Origin: Thermomicrobiales bacterium
GTDB taxonomy: Bacteria; Chloroflexota; Chloroflexia; Thermomicrobiales; UBA6265
Direction: 5' to 3'
DNA: 64,000 nt
NCBI GenBank assembly: GCA_019637585.1
Contig: JAHBVL010000003.1
Coordinates: forward strand, 27,827 to 91,826
Positions 38,660 to 48,727 of this stretch are shown here, piece by piece. Under the pieces are notes generated by a model. The model was not told the DNA's origin, ran no database searches, and saw only the letters and a list, made by a program, of their open reading frames with translations. The position numbers and the translations under genes were made by a program. Numbering within the stretch: the stretch's first letter is position 1; every line of letters begins with the position of its first letter.

Positions 38660-39520
38660 CTACGGCGACAGCGTGATGCCCGCAACTTCCATCGCGTTCT
38701 TGAACAGACGCAGAAACTCGAGCCCATCCGCGGGTTGGTAGGCAACAGTCCGCTCGCCAACCCGGGTGAACTCTGTCAACTTGGCCACCTGATCGGCCCG
38801 TGACTGGTGGTCGTAATCGAGCTCGATCGTGGCGCCCTCCGGCAAAGCAAAGACCCGGGCATCGCCGATCCGCTCGACCGCCAGGCGGGCGCCATCCCTG
38901 ATTCGCTGGCGGGCTACCTCTGGATGGAGGTGAATGGCCGCGGTCGTCGACAGACCCTCTTTGACCACCACGCCAACCACCTGCTCGCCGAGCAGCGCTT
39001 TGGTTTGCGCGACCGCTTTTTCGTCGCCGGAGATCATCACCACCGGCACACCAAAGTGCCCCGCCACAATCGCATTGATGCCGAATTCGCCGATCGAATC
39101 GCCATTCAGCCGAATGTCGTTGAGCGTTCTGGTCCAGGTGTGGGCCAGAGGCGCCAGGGGTGTGCCCGCCCGGGCGTGATACCCCGTGTACATGAACGCG
39201 CCCACACCTGGCAGATCGACGCCCTGTGCCATCGACAATGGCTTCTCGCCACCAGTCACGAACCGGCATCGTGGATCGAGTTCCTCGGGAATCAGGTTGC
39301 GTGCGCCGTCGTGCGAATCGCAAACGATGACTTCTTCGGCGCCCGCATCCATGGCGCCAGCGACTGCCGCATTCACCTCAGCGGTCATCCAGCCGCGCGC
39401 CCGGTTGTATTCGCTCTGATTGATCGGTTCCCCCTTGCCCGGATACTCGGGAGGCGTCACATGCATCCATGAAACGACTCCGCACGTGCCTTCCATATCG
39501 GCTGAGATAACGACCTTCAC
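38660..39520 (-). CDS. dppA: D-aminopeptidase DppA (peptidase M55)
   Basis: MKVVISADMEGTCGVV N-terminus and overall M55 signature. Confidence 0.8.
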   Translation of the reverse strand: MKVVISADMEGTCGVVSWMHVTPPEYPGKGEPINQSEYNRARGWMTAEVNAAVAGAMDAGAEEVIVCDSHDGARNLIPEELDPRCRFVTGGEKPLSMAQGVDLPGVGAFMYTGYHARAGTPLAPLAHTWTRTLNDIRLNGDSIGEFGINAIVAGHFGVPVVMISGDEKAVAQTKALLGEQVVGVVVKEGLSTTAAIHLHPEVARQRIRDGARLAVERIGDARVFALPEGATIELDYDHQSRADQVAKLTEFTRVGERTVAYQPADGLEFLRLFKNAMEVAGITLSP

Positions 39521-39548
39521 TCTTGTCTCCTTCGATTTCAGAGCTTCC

Positions 39549-41129
39549 CTACATCACCGGTTTCACATCGCTGAACCGGGCAATGACTTCCTGGGCGGCA
39601 TTGTGACCGGGAGCGCCCATCACGCACCCACCCGGCCAGGCGCCCGATCCGCAGAGGAAAAGCCCCCCGATTGGACCCTCGTAGGACGACGATCCCGGTA
39701 CCGGGCGCAGGTCGAATGCCTGTTCCGGAACGAGCTCGCCATGAAAGATGTGCCCGCCGGTCAGTCCGAACCGAGCTTCCAGATCGGGGGGCGCCAGAAC
39801 CTGCATGCCGATGACAGCGGACGGAACGTTCGGCGCGTACTTGCCGAACTCGGCGACGACAGCATCGGCGATCGCCTGCCGCCGCGACTCCCAGGTGCCC
39901 TCAGCGAGCGCATACGGGAAGTACTGGGCAAAGATCGAGATCGTGTGTTTGCCCGGCGGCGCCACCGACGGATCGACCGCCGATTGCATGTGGATGCTCA
40001 TGAACGGATGATCCGATGGCCGCCCCTGCCGGGCATCTTCGTAGGCTCGCTGCATGTATTCGAGCGACGGGGCGACGAAGAGACCACCGGTGCTCCCCTG
40101 GAGTTGCCGTTCCGAATCGTCGCCCAGCGCGGTGAACTTCGGCAGTTCCTCAACAGCCATATTGATCTTCATCACCGGACTATCGATCTTGATCTGTTCG
40201 ATTGCCCTGCGGTAGTCCTCAGGCAGATCACCGGCGTCGACGAGCCGCAGATAAGTCCGCTTCGGATCGGCATTCGAGAGCACGATACCCGACGTGAACT
40301 CCTCGCCACTGGCCAGCGCCACACCCTGAACCCGCCCGTCTCGAACGACGATCCGTTCGACTTCGGCTTCGGTGCGAATCTCGACACCCCGTTTGCGGGC
40401 GATCTTCGCCAGCGTCTGCGTGATCGAGCCCATGGCGCCCCGCACGTAGGTCCAGCGGCCGCGATGACCAGTCGCCATCCCCATCGAGTGAAAGAGCTTC
40501 ACGTAGCCCGTTCCCGCATCACGAGGTCCCCGGAATGTGCCGATCAAACCCAGAGCGGCGACGGTCGCCCGCATCTGCTCGCTCTCGAAGTAGTACTCCG
40601 CGATGTCGGCCGCCGACCCGAGGAAGAACTTCTGAAAGAGCCCCGCTTCATAGGGCGTTCGGAATTCGGCCGCAACCTCCGCCCAGGAAGGCGGTCGCCG
40701 CAGGATGTACTTGTCCATCACCTGACATGCCCGCTCGAGGTCGGCGTCGTAGTGGTCGTAAGCGTCCGCATCCCGGGGCGATATCCGCCGGATATCTTGA
40801 AGCCACTTCTGATGGTCGTTCCAGTAGGTCAGGGAAGAACCATCGGGGAACGGCGCGAAGAATCGGGGGTTGCGCTCGACATACTCGATCCCCTCCTCCC
40901 GGAGTCGCAGGTCGTTCAGGATCGATTCAGGCATGAGGGAGAGGACGTACGAGCCTGTGGAGAAGGTGAAACCGGGTATGTATTCCTCGGAGAACGCCGC
41001 TCCGCCCACCTCGTGATATCGCTCGAGCACGAGGGTCCGTATCCCGGCGTCAGCAAGGTAGCAGGCGGCGACAAGACCATTGTGACCACCGCCGACAATG
41101 ATGGCGTCGTACTGCTGGGATGCTCCCAT
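39549..41129 (-). CDS. FAD-dependent oxidoreductase, phytoene desaturase (CrtI)-like family
   Basis: YDAIIVGGGHNGLVAACYLADAG dinucleotide-binding motif; start at MGASQQ (41129) with AGGAGGG RBS. Confidence 0.75.
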   Translation of the reverse strand: MGASQQYDAIIVGGGHNGLVAACYLADAGIRTLVLERYHEVGGAAFSEEYIPGFTFSTGSYVLSLMPESILNDLRLREEGIEYVERNPRFFAPFPDGSSLTYWNDHQKWLQDIRRISPRDADAYDHYDADLERACQVMDKYILRRPPSWAEVAAEFRTPYEAGLFQKFFLGSAADIAEYYFESEQMRATVAALGLIGTFRGPRDAGTGYVKLFHSMGMATGHRGRWTYVRGAMGSITQTLAKIARKRGVEIRTEAEVERIVVRDGRVQGVALASGEEFTSGIVLSNADPKRTYLRLVDAGDLPEDYRRAIEQIKIDSPVMKINMAVEELPKFTALGDDSERQLQGSTGGLFVAPSLEYMQRAYEDARQGRPSDHPFMSIHMQSAVDPSVAPPGKHTISIFAQYFPYALAEGTWESRRQAIADAVVAEFGKYAPNVPSAVIGMQVLAPPDLEARFGLTGGHIFHGELVPEQAFDLRPVPGSSSYEGPIGGLFLCGSGAWPGGCVMGAPGHNAAQEVIARFSDVKPVM

Positions 41130-41286
41130 CGGTTGCCCTCCTGAACCAAATGCTGACCGGGTGATCATAGCACCGCGCTTTCCCTGATTCGCCCAGATGA
41201 GGACGGACACGCCCGGTGGGTATAATCGAGAGTCGGATCAGCCGCCAAGCGGGCGCGAATGCGCTTCACTGGAGCGAGTCGCAGGA

Positions 41287-42294
41287 ATGAATCAACCGTC
41301 ACGCAAGCGGGTCTTTTCGGGCATTCAGCCGTCCGGAGTCAGTCATATCGGCAACTATCTGGGCGCCATCCGCAACTGGGTTCTTCAGCAGGAGCAGTAC
41401 GACAATATCTTCTGCATCGTCAATCTCCATGCCCTGACCTTGCCGACGACCGCTGAAACATTGCATGCCAACACGATTACGATGGCCAACACCATCCTGG
41501 CGGCTGGCATCGATCCTGAACGGTCGATTCTCTTCGTGCAGGGGGATGTTCCCGAGCATGCCGAGCTCAGCTGGCTGCTCAGCTCGGTGACGATGTACGG
41601 CGAACTGAGGCGCATGACCCAGTTCAAGGACAAATCGGGGTCGGACGAGGAGTCGGTTTCCGCCGCCCTCTTCTCCTATCCGGTGCTCCAGGTGGCCGAC
41701 ATCATTCTCTATGACACCGATCTGGTGCCGGTTGGCGAGGACCAGAAGCAACACATCGAGCTGGCTCGCGATGTCGCCCAGCGCTTCAATTCCCGCTACG
41801 GGGAGACATTTGTCGTCCCGGCGCCGGACATCAAGAAGGATGGCGCGCGGGTGATGTCGCTCGACGATCCGACGAAGAAGATGAGCAAGAGCGATCGCAA
41901 TCCCGCCAGCTTCATCGCGCTGACCGATACCCCCGCCGAGATCACCAAAAAGATCAAGCGGGCGGTCACCGACTCGGGTTCAGACGTGATCGCGGCTCCG
42001 GACAAACCCGCGCTGACCAATCTCCTGGGCATCTACTCCCTCTTCGCCGGAATTTCCGTGGCCGAGATCGAGGAGCGGTATACCGGCAAGGGATACGGCG
42101 CGTTCAAAACCGACCTTGCCGAGGTGGTCGTCGAGGCGTTGACACCCTTCCAGCAGCGATTCGCCGAGCTTCAGGCCGACCCCGCCATCGCCAGAAATGT
42201 CCTCGCCGACGGAGCAGCGCGAGCAGGAGCGCAGGCCGCCGCCAAAATGCAGATCGTTCAGGAACGGATGGGGCTCTCCCAGCACCGGACCTAG
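41287..42294 (+). CDS. trpS: Tryptophan--tRNA ligase
   Basis: Class I HIGH-type motif (SGIQPSGVSHIGNYLG) and KMSKS (KMSKSD); start at MNQPS. Confidence 0.9.
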   Translation: MNQPSRKRVFSGIQPSGVSHIGNYLGAIRNWVLQQEQYDNIFCIVNLHALTLPTTAETLHANTITMANTILAAGIDPERSILFVQGDVPEHAELSWLLSSVTMYGELRRMTQFKDKSGSDEESVSAALFSYPVLQVADIILYDTDLVPVGEDQKQHIELARDVAQRFNSRYGETFVVPAPDIKKDGARVMSLDDPTKKMSKSDRNPASFIALTDTPAEITKKIKRAVTDSGSDVIAAPDKPALTNLLGIYSLFAGISVAEIEERYTGKGYGAFKTDLAEVVVEALTPFQQRFAELQADPAIARNVLADGAARAGAQAAAKMQIVQERMGLSQHRT

Positions 42295-42297
42295 CCG

Positions 42298-43572
42298 GTG
42301 GACCGGGGCGCGGGACTCATCCGGAGCTACAGAGCCGCCTGGCATGCCGCCGGCCGGGGCCAATGGCTGCTCATCGTCGGTTTCATCTTCGCCTCTCGCG
42401 TTCTCACGTTCAACGTTGCGTTCCCCCTCTATGCCAAAGCGCGCGGATTCGACTCGTCGCAAACCGGGCTGATGCTGGCGGCGGTGGCAATCTCTCTTTT
42501 CATCTTCGGCGCGCCACTCACCATCCTGAACACCAGAGGGCATGGCCGCAAGCTCTTCATCGCTGGTCCGTTGACGGCAGCGCTGGGCATCACGGTCATC
42601 CTCCTGACCCCGGGCAGTCTCCTCCCGTTGATGCTCGCCGGCTGCCTGCTGGCGGGGATGGACAGCAACGTCTTCTGGACGATGGGCGACCCCCTCCTGG
42701 CCGGATCGACCGCCCGCGAGCATCGCGCCCAGGTATTCGCGCTCAAGTTCGCCCTCCTGACCTGCGGGTTCGCGCTTGGCGGATTGATTGGCGGCTGGGT
42801 GCCGGAGTTCCTCTCCCTGGCGGGCGTGTCCGACACCGGCATGTATGCGGGAGCGCTGGTGGTCGTTCTGGGACTCCACCTTGCCCAATCCTGGTGCTAC
42901 TGGAGGATGCCCATCGAGCATCCGGAACAGGCCGCCGCCACACTCCGCACCGAGAGCGATATACCCCGGTTCACCGGCTTGGCTTTCTGGGGAGTGATGC
43001 TCCTGATGCTGGTGCCCGAAATGGGGATGTCGTCCGGCTATGCCGCCACCAGACCCTATCTCTCCCTCTTTTTCGATGAACGCTTCGGACTCTCTCCCGG
43101 CGCCACCGGTACGGCATTGAGCATCATGCAGCTGATGGGTGGGGTAGGAGCGTTGCTGATTCCGTCGATTGCCCGGGCTCATGGCTCGCTCCGGACGATG
43201 GGTGGTCTGCGGATGCTCGGCGGCGCCATGATCGCCGGTGCGATCGGCGCGCCGGTCGTTCCCGTGGCCATTCTCTGCCTCTTCGTCCACTACTCCGTGG
43301 TCGACGGCACCGGAGCCACCTTCGTCAACGAAGTCATGGAGCGCCTGCCGGCCGTGCAGCGCACCACCTTTGCCGCGGTCTCCGCCGGCTCCTGGAGCCT
43401 CTTTTCGGCCTTGTCGACTTCCGCCAGCGGGTATCTCCAGGATGTCAGCGGATTCGGAGCCGCCTTTGGCCTGGGCGCCGGCGCCTATTTCGTCTCCGCG
43501 GCGTGGCTCTTCTTCGTCTATCCCCGCCTCCCCCTCCTGAAGGCACATCCCTCACCAGGCGCCACGCACTGA
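42298..43572 (+). CDS. MFS transporter
   Basis: 12 predicted TM helices; GTG start immediately after the trpS stop. Confidence 0.7.
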   Translation: MDRGAGLIRSYRAAWHAAGRGQWLLIVGFIFASRVLTFNVAFPLYAKARGFDSSQTGLMLAAVAISLFIFGAPLTILNTRGHGRKLFIAGPLTAALGITVILLTPGSLLPLMLAGCLLAGMDSNVFWTMGDPLLAGSTAREHRAQVFALKFALLTCGFALGGLIGGWVPEFLSLAGVSDTGMYAGALVVVLGLHLAQSWCYWRMPIEHPEQAAATLRTESDIPRFTGLAFWGVMLLMLVPEMGMSSGYAATRPYLSLFFDERFGLSPGATGTALSIMQLMGGVGALLIPSIARAHGSLRTMGGLRMLGGAMIAGAIGAPVVPVAILCLFVHYSVVDGTGATFVNEVMERLPAVQRTTFAAVSAGSWSLFSALSTSASGYLQDVSGFGAAFGLGAGAYFVSAAWLFFVYPRLPLLKAHPSPGATH

Positions 43573-43648
43573 CCGGAGAAAACCCTGTGCTACCATCCCG
43601 GCAGGCAGTCGGTACGCCCTCACCAGCAAGAAAGCACCAGCATCAATC

Positions 43649-44650
43649 ATGGATAACGACCCATTTCTCGACGATTCGTTCGATCTCGACATCATGGGTT
43701 TCGATGAACTCACCCCATGGGAACGCGTCAATCTGGCGGTGAGCGGCGAGGAAGTCGATCGCCTACCAGTCTGCTTCTGGCATCACTTCAAACCGGAAGG
43801 ATCGGGGCGCAAGCTGGCCGAAGCCACCTATGCCTTCTTCATCCATGAATTCGATCTCGACATCGCCAAGATCATGCCGGACATCCCCTATCCCTTCCCG
43901 CACAACTCGATCAGTTCGATCGATGACTGGCGTCTGATCGAGCCGATCGACGAATCCTCTCGCTACTTCCAGCAGCGGATCGAAGCGGTTCGCCTGCTGC
44001 GCGAGATGGCCGGTCCATCGATTCCCATCGTGATGACCTATTTCAGCCCGCTGGCGGAGCTCATGTATTTCGCCGGAAACAAACGGCTGGTCGCCGAGCA
44101 CGCTCAACAGCACCCGGCCATCATCCATCAGGCATTGCACACGGTGGCCATGAATCTGAAGCGGCAGATCGACATGGTCATCGATGCGGGAGCGGACGGC
44201 ATCTTCTTTGCTGCCCAGGGTTGCACGCGGTCGCTCATGACAGAAGATGTCTACCGCGAAATCGGCCGCCCCTACGATCTCATCGCGCTGGAGGGAGCCG
44301 CCGACGCCTGGCTAAACATCCTCCACGTCCATGGCGACAAAGATCTCATGTTCGATGCGGTGCTCGACTATCCGGTCAGCGTGCTGAGCTGGTCGGACCG
44401 GCTGGCCGGACCCAGTCTTCGCGAGGCCCGAACCAAAACCAGCAAGTGCCTGATGGGCGGCTGGCACGAGTTCGGCCCGCTCTCCAACGGTCCGGAAGCG
44501 GCGATCCTGAAAGAAGCGGAAGATGCCGTCGCCCAGACCAATGGCCGCAAGTTCATCCTGGCCAACGGTTGTTCGGTGCCGGATGACACCGACCACGAGT
44601 GGCTGCACATGGCCCGCGATCTCGTCGAAACGATTCAGTTTCCGTCGTAG
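43649..44650 (+). CDS. Uroporphyrinogen decarboxylase (URO-D)-like family protein (MtaA/CmuA-like fold)
   Basis: 333-aa ORF with overall URO-D-like TIM-barrel signature (DIPYPF..., ADGIFFAAQG, ANGCSVP). Confidence 0.6.
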   Translation: MDNDPFLDDSFDLDIMGFDELTPWERVNLAVSGEEVDRLPVCFWHHFKPEGSGRKLAEATYAFFIHEFDLDIAKIMPDIPYPFPHNSISSIDDWRLIEPIDESSRYFQQRIEAVRLLREMAGPSIPIVMTYFSPLAELMYFAGNKRLVAEHAQQHPAIIHQALHTVAMNLKRQIDMVIDAGADGIFFAAQGCTRSLMTEDVYREIGRPYDLIALEGAADAWLNILHVHGDKDLMFDAVLDYPVSVLSWSDRLAGPSLREARTKTSKCLMGGWHEFGPLSNGPEAAILKEAEDAVAQTNGRKFILANGCSVPDDTDHEWLHMARDLVETIQFPS

Positions 44651-45870
44651 AGCCGGGTGGGAATTCCCCTCGCCAGCACCAGGCAGAGGAGACTGACCAC
44701 CATCACAAAGGTGAGGGTCGTGCGGGTGGAGATGCCGTCGGCGATCAACCCGCCGATGATCGGTGTGATCGCCAGACCGATGTAACCACCCGCCAGCGTG
44801 ACGCCTGCCGCCGAAGCCGGATCGTCCGGCATCGAGATTCCTGCCACGCTCAGCGCGGTCGGACCGATGCCGGCCAACCCGAACCCGGCCAGCGCGCATC
44901 CGGCCATGGCCAGAACGATCCACGTTTCGGTCACGATCATCGCGCCACCCACGATCGAGATCGCTCCCTGCACCATGATCGCCCGCTGCACACCCAACGC
45001 CGCGATCATCTTGCCGTTCAGCAACCGCCCAAAGAGCATGGCGATGGCAAATGCCACGATGCAGGCGGCCGCGAACGAGCTATCGACATCGCGCTCGTCC
45101 CTCAGATAGAGCGCGGTCCAATCGGCAACCAGCGCTTCACCGGCAAACGAAAGCGCCGTCAACACGCCGCAGAGACGAATCAGGGGCGAAGCCAGCGCTC
45201 CCCGGTAGTCGATCGCCTCGGGCGACGCGTTCGCCTTGTCTGTCCGATCCCACGATCGCATCGGCAGAACCAGGAACGCGGCCAGGGCCAGCAAAACCGC
45301 AACCAGACCAGCATAGAGCGACCGGTAGGTCAACCCCACGGCGAGACCGAGAGCCACGGCTCCCGCTCCCGCGATCGAACCAGCGCTGAACATGGCGTGG
45401 AGTGGACCCATCAGATGCCGGCCGGTAACTCGCTCGGCGTCCATCGTCAGGGTGTTGGCCGTCAGATCGACCAGGGCGATACCCAGACCACGAACGATCA
45501 TGATCGACGCCAGCACCACGAGACCGCCGGTGATCCCCGCAACCGCGGCAGAGCTGATAGCGAGGAGAACCAGCGAAAGGGTCAGCACCGTGAATTTGCC
45601 GCCAGCAGCGGTGATCCGGGCGCCGAACACGAGGATGGGCAACGACAACGCCAGACCGGCGCCGATCATGAAACCGAACTGCGATTTGGAGACATCGAAC
45701 GCGTCGAGCACATCGGGCCAGAGCGGTCCGCCCATGCCAAAAAAGAGCCCGATCGCGGCAAGCCCGCCGCCGATCGCGGTCAGCATGCCGTCCGGCAGCT
45801 GCCCCTTCGCGACTGGTTCGATGGCCGTACTCGATCGTTCTGACGCGGGACTCGACGCCTCAGCGGTCAT
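44635..45870 (-). CDS. MFS transporter
   Basis: Polytopic membrane protein; start at MTAEASS (45870) with GGGAGGA RBS; the longer ORF to 46044 is an artefact. Confidence 0.7.
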   Translation of the reverse strand: MTAEASSPASERSSTAIEPVAKGQLPDGMLTAIGGGLAAIGLFFGMGGPLWPDVLDAFDVSKSQFGFMIGAGLALSLPILVFGARITAAGGKFTVLTLSLVLLAISSAAVAGITGGLVVLASIMIVRGLGIALVDLTANTLTMDAERVTGRHLMGPLHAMFSAGSIAGAGAVALGLAVGLTYRSLYAGLVAVLLALAAFLVLPMRSWDRTDKANASPEAIDYRGALASPLIRLCGVLTALSFAGEALVADWTALYLRDERDVDSSFAAACIVAFAIAMLFGRLLNGKMIAALGVQRAIMVQGAISIVGGAMIVTETWIVLAMAGCALAGFGLAGIGPTALSVAGISMPDDPASAAGVTLAGGYIGLAITPIIGGLIADGISTRTTLTFVMVVSLLCLVLARGIPTRLYDGN

Positions 45871-46056
45871 GATCCTCCCACCCGGCGCGTACACCAACGC
45901 GTGATGCATTGACGCCGCCCCAAACACATGAACCCGCCATTGCGGGAATCCGCCCGGCACGGCATGAAAACGGCGCGTAGCCTCGCCATTCCTGGCGCCT
46001 TCGCCCACGCCCGATGGTCGGCGCAAGCCGTTCCACCATTGCACATAACCGGGAAA

Positions 46057-47103
46057 CTACTCGGCCGCGCTTTCGCCTTCGCGAGCCGCCATGATGTTCG
46101 TGGAATGTCCAGGATCGAGTCTGGCGCCGGGATTCACGACCGTCGCCGCATGATTGACCGCGGTCACCGCTTCAGCGGCGCCGGTCGCGATCAGCTTGAA
46201 CTTCGCCGGATAGGCCGCGATATCACCCGCCACGAAGACACCGGGGATATTCGATTCCATGGTGATCTTATCGACGACGATCTGGTTGCGCTGCAGCTCG
46301 AAACCCCAGGTCTTCAGCGGACCAAGATCGGCAACGAATCCGATCGCCACGATCAGCTCGTCGGCTTCGATCCGGTTGACCTCACCGTCGGCATTCTTGA
46401 AATGCACCGCCGCCAACCGCCCGTGATCGCCTGCCTCGACCTGAGCCACTTCGCAGCCAGGGTAGTGGCAGGTCACGGTCGACTCCTCGAGCTCCCGCAC
46501 GGTCGCCTCATGCGCGCGGAACCGCGAGCGGTGAATGATGGTCACTTCCGACGCCACGGGCTCGAGCGTCACCGCCCAGTCGACGGCTGAGTCGCCCCCG
46601 CCGACGATGACGACTTTCTTATCTCGGAAATCCTCCACTCGCTTGGCGAAGTAGTGGACACCCTTTCCTTCCAGCTCATCGACTCCCGGCGCCGGAATGC
46701 GCTTCGGTTCGAAGGCTCCCACGCCACCGCAGATGATCACGGTTTTGCTGTACCGCGGACCATTCGATGTCTCGAGCTGAAATGTGCCGTCTTCCAGCTT
46801 CACCAGGCCGGTGACTTCCTCTTTCAGCCGGACCGTCGGATTCTGCCGCATCGCCTGCTGGTACATCTGCTCGACCAGGTCTTTCGCCAGAACCTTGGGG
46901 AAACCGGCGACGTCGTAGATGTACTTTTCGGGATAGATCGCGGTCAGCGCTCCGCCCGGCTCTTCGAGCGAGTCGATGATCTGGGTGCTCATCTGACGCA
47001 TGCCAGCGTAGAACGCGGCAAAGAGACCGGTGGGGCCGGCGCCGATGATCGTAACGTCATACAGGTCGCGATCGTCGCCGCTCCCGTTGGCCGAAATCGT
47101 CAT
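46057..47103 (-). CDS. Ferredoxin--NADP reductase / thioredoxin-reductase-like FAD/NAD(P) oxidoreductase
   Basis: DVTIIGAGPTGLFAAFYAG and GGGDSAVDWA dinucleotide motifs, YumC-type FNR architecture. Confidence 0.75.
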   Translation of the reverse strand: MTISANGSGDDRDLYDVTIIGAGPTGLFAAFYAGMRQMSTQIIDSLEEPGGALTAIYPEKYIYDVAGFPKVLAKDLVEQMYQQAMRQNPTVRLKEEVTGLVKLEDGTFQLETSNGPRYSKTVIICGGVGAFEPKRIPAPGVDELEGKGVHYFAKRVEDFRDKKVVIVGGGDSAVDWAVTLEPVASEVTIIHRSRFRAHEATVRELEESTVTCHYPGCEVAQVEAGDHGRLAAVHFKNADGEVNRIEADELIVAIGFVADLGPLKTWGFELQRNQIVVDKITMESNIPGVFVAGDIAAYPAKFKLIATGAAEAVTAVNHAATVVNPGARLDPGHSTNIMAAREGESAAE

Positions 47104-47333
47104 GCTTGTCTCGCCTGTGGATGATGAAGTGAACACAAATGATGAACGGTTTGCCGCGAAATCCGCAGCGCGCCGTTCGCTTGTGATTCTATCATCCGGC
47201 CTTTCCCCTTATGACGAGCCTCTTCAGCCGCTTTTGGGCGCTGAACACAAGATGCAGCATCCTGTGCTGAATCCCCGTACAATCAGGAATAGTGTGATTT
47301 GCCTCCCGACTCCAGAAGGAGACCGACGTATCC

Positions 47334-48554
47334 ATGGCAGCGACCGTTTCACCATCCCGCGACTATTCCAGCCTGCTCTCCCTGCGTGGCAATAACCAGG
47401 GAGTCTCCCGGACAGGCGACCCCCGGGCGTCAGCGAACCTCATTTCGTTGATCTACGGCTATCCCGACGCGGGATCGATGCCGACGACTGCCGTCGCGGA
47501 AGCAACGACGCGGGTCATGGAAACGCAGGGAGAATGGGCGCTGCAGTATGGCCGCACGCTCGGCGTGCTCCCCATGGTCGATGCCCTGATCGAGAAACTC
47601 GCCCGGGACAATGACATTACCGCCACGCGCGACGAAGTCATGATCACGGCCGGCGGATCGCAAGCGCTCGCGTTGCTGCTCGATCTGCTCGTCGACCGGG
47701 GTGACACGATCATCCTCGAAGAACCGACCTGGATGGGCTTCATCTGGATGCTCAAGAATGTCGGCGGCAAAGCGGTTTCCGTGCCCCTCGACGAGCAGGG
47801 TATGAAGCTCGACATCCTGGAGAGCAAACTCAAATCGCTCAAAGCGGAAGGCATCACGCCGAAGTTCATCTATGTGATTCCGAATTTCCAGAACCCCAGC
47901 GGCGTTTCGATGCCGCTCGACCGGCGTCAGCGGCTCATCGAGCTGGCCAACGAATACGGAACTCTGATCGTGGAGGACGACGCCTACCACGACCTTCGCT
48001 ACTCGGGCGAAACCCTGCCGACCATCTACTCGCTCGATACCACCGGTTCGACCTTCTATACCGCCACCCTGTCCAAAATCATGGGAGCGGGCATGCGCAT
48101 CGGCTGGTTGGTCGGACCGGCTGACCTGATGGCCAAACTGTCTGTGCTCAAAGTCGATGGCTCGACCAACGTGTTCGGCTCGTTCGTCGCGGCGGAATGG
48201 ATGCGCGACAACCTGGCCGGGCATATCGAGGAGTTGAAGCAGGTCTACGCGAGCCGTCGCGACGCGATGCTCGACGCGCTGGAAGCAAACATGCCCGAGG
48301 GCGTGTCATGGACCAAACCGGACGGCGGCTTTTTCGTCTGGGTGACCGTTCCCGAACACCTCGACCTCACGGCGCTGCAGCCTTTCGCCAAAGAACGAGG
48401 CGTGGAATACCTGGCAGGCTCGACCTGCTACGTCGAAGGTGGCAAGAACACCCTCCGCCTCTCCTTCTCCTTCGCCACTGAGGATCAGATTCGCGAAGGC
48501 GTCCGCACCCTCGCCGACATCATCGCCGGAGAGCTGAAAGAGTCATCCCTCTAA
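47334..48554 (+). CDS. PLP-dependent aminotransferase, class I/II
   Basis: FIYVIPNFQNPSGVSMP and LSKIMGAGMRIGW (PLP lysine region) motifs. Confidence 0.8.
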   Translation: MAATVSPSRDYSSLLSLRGNNQGVSRTGDPRASANLISLIYGYPDAGSMPTTAVAEATTRVMETQGEWALQYGRTLGVLPMVDALIEKLARDNDITATRDEVMITAGGSQALALLLDLLVDRGDTIILEEPTWMGFIWMLKNVGGKAVSVPLDEQGMKLDILESKLKSLKAEGITPKFIYVIPNFQNPSGVSMPLDRRQRLIELANEYGTLIVEDDAYHDLRYSGETLPTIYSLDTTGSTFYTATLSKIMGAGMRIGWLVGPADLMAKLSVLKVDGSTNVFGSFVAAEWMRDNLAGHIEELKQVYASRRDAMLDALEANMPEGVSWTKPDGGFFVWVTVPEHLDLTALQPFAKERGVEYLAGSTCYVEGGKNTLRLSFSFATEDQIREGVRTLADIIAGELKESSL

Positions 48555-48564
48555 CTCAGGAGTC

Positions 48565-48727
48565 TCCCTCACCCCCAACCCCTCTCCCGACCGGAGATAT
48601 CCCTCACCCCCAACCCCTCTCCCGACCGCGGGAGAGGGGAGTACGTGCTATTTCCCATTTCCATTTGCTCACCGCCCATTTCCCATTTCCCATTTCCTAT
48701 TTCCCTTTACCCCTTGCCCTTTGCCTG
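48565..48727. repeat. Composite repeat (forward copy): two direct copies of tccctcacccccaacccctctcccgacc, GC hairpin cccctctcccg-accg-cgggagagggg, then heptamer array tttccca/ttgccct (48648-48727)
   Basis: Direct reading; inverted copy at 25985-26152 and a shorter copy at 61394-61475. Confidence 0.85.

Noticed and set aside
38087-38760. ORFs 38087..38461 (+), 38440..38760 (-), the 37904..38401 N-terminus and the 38565..39323 overlap
   Set aside because: They are translated from the 128-bp tandem palindromic repeats; the repeated peptide on both strands is an artefact of repeat periodicity.
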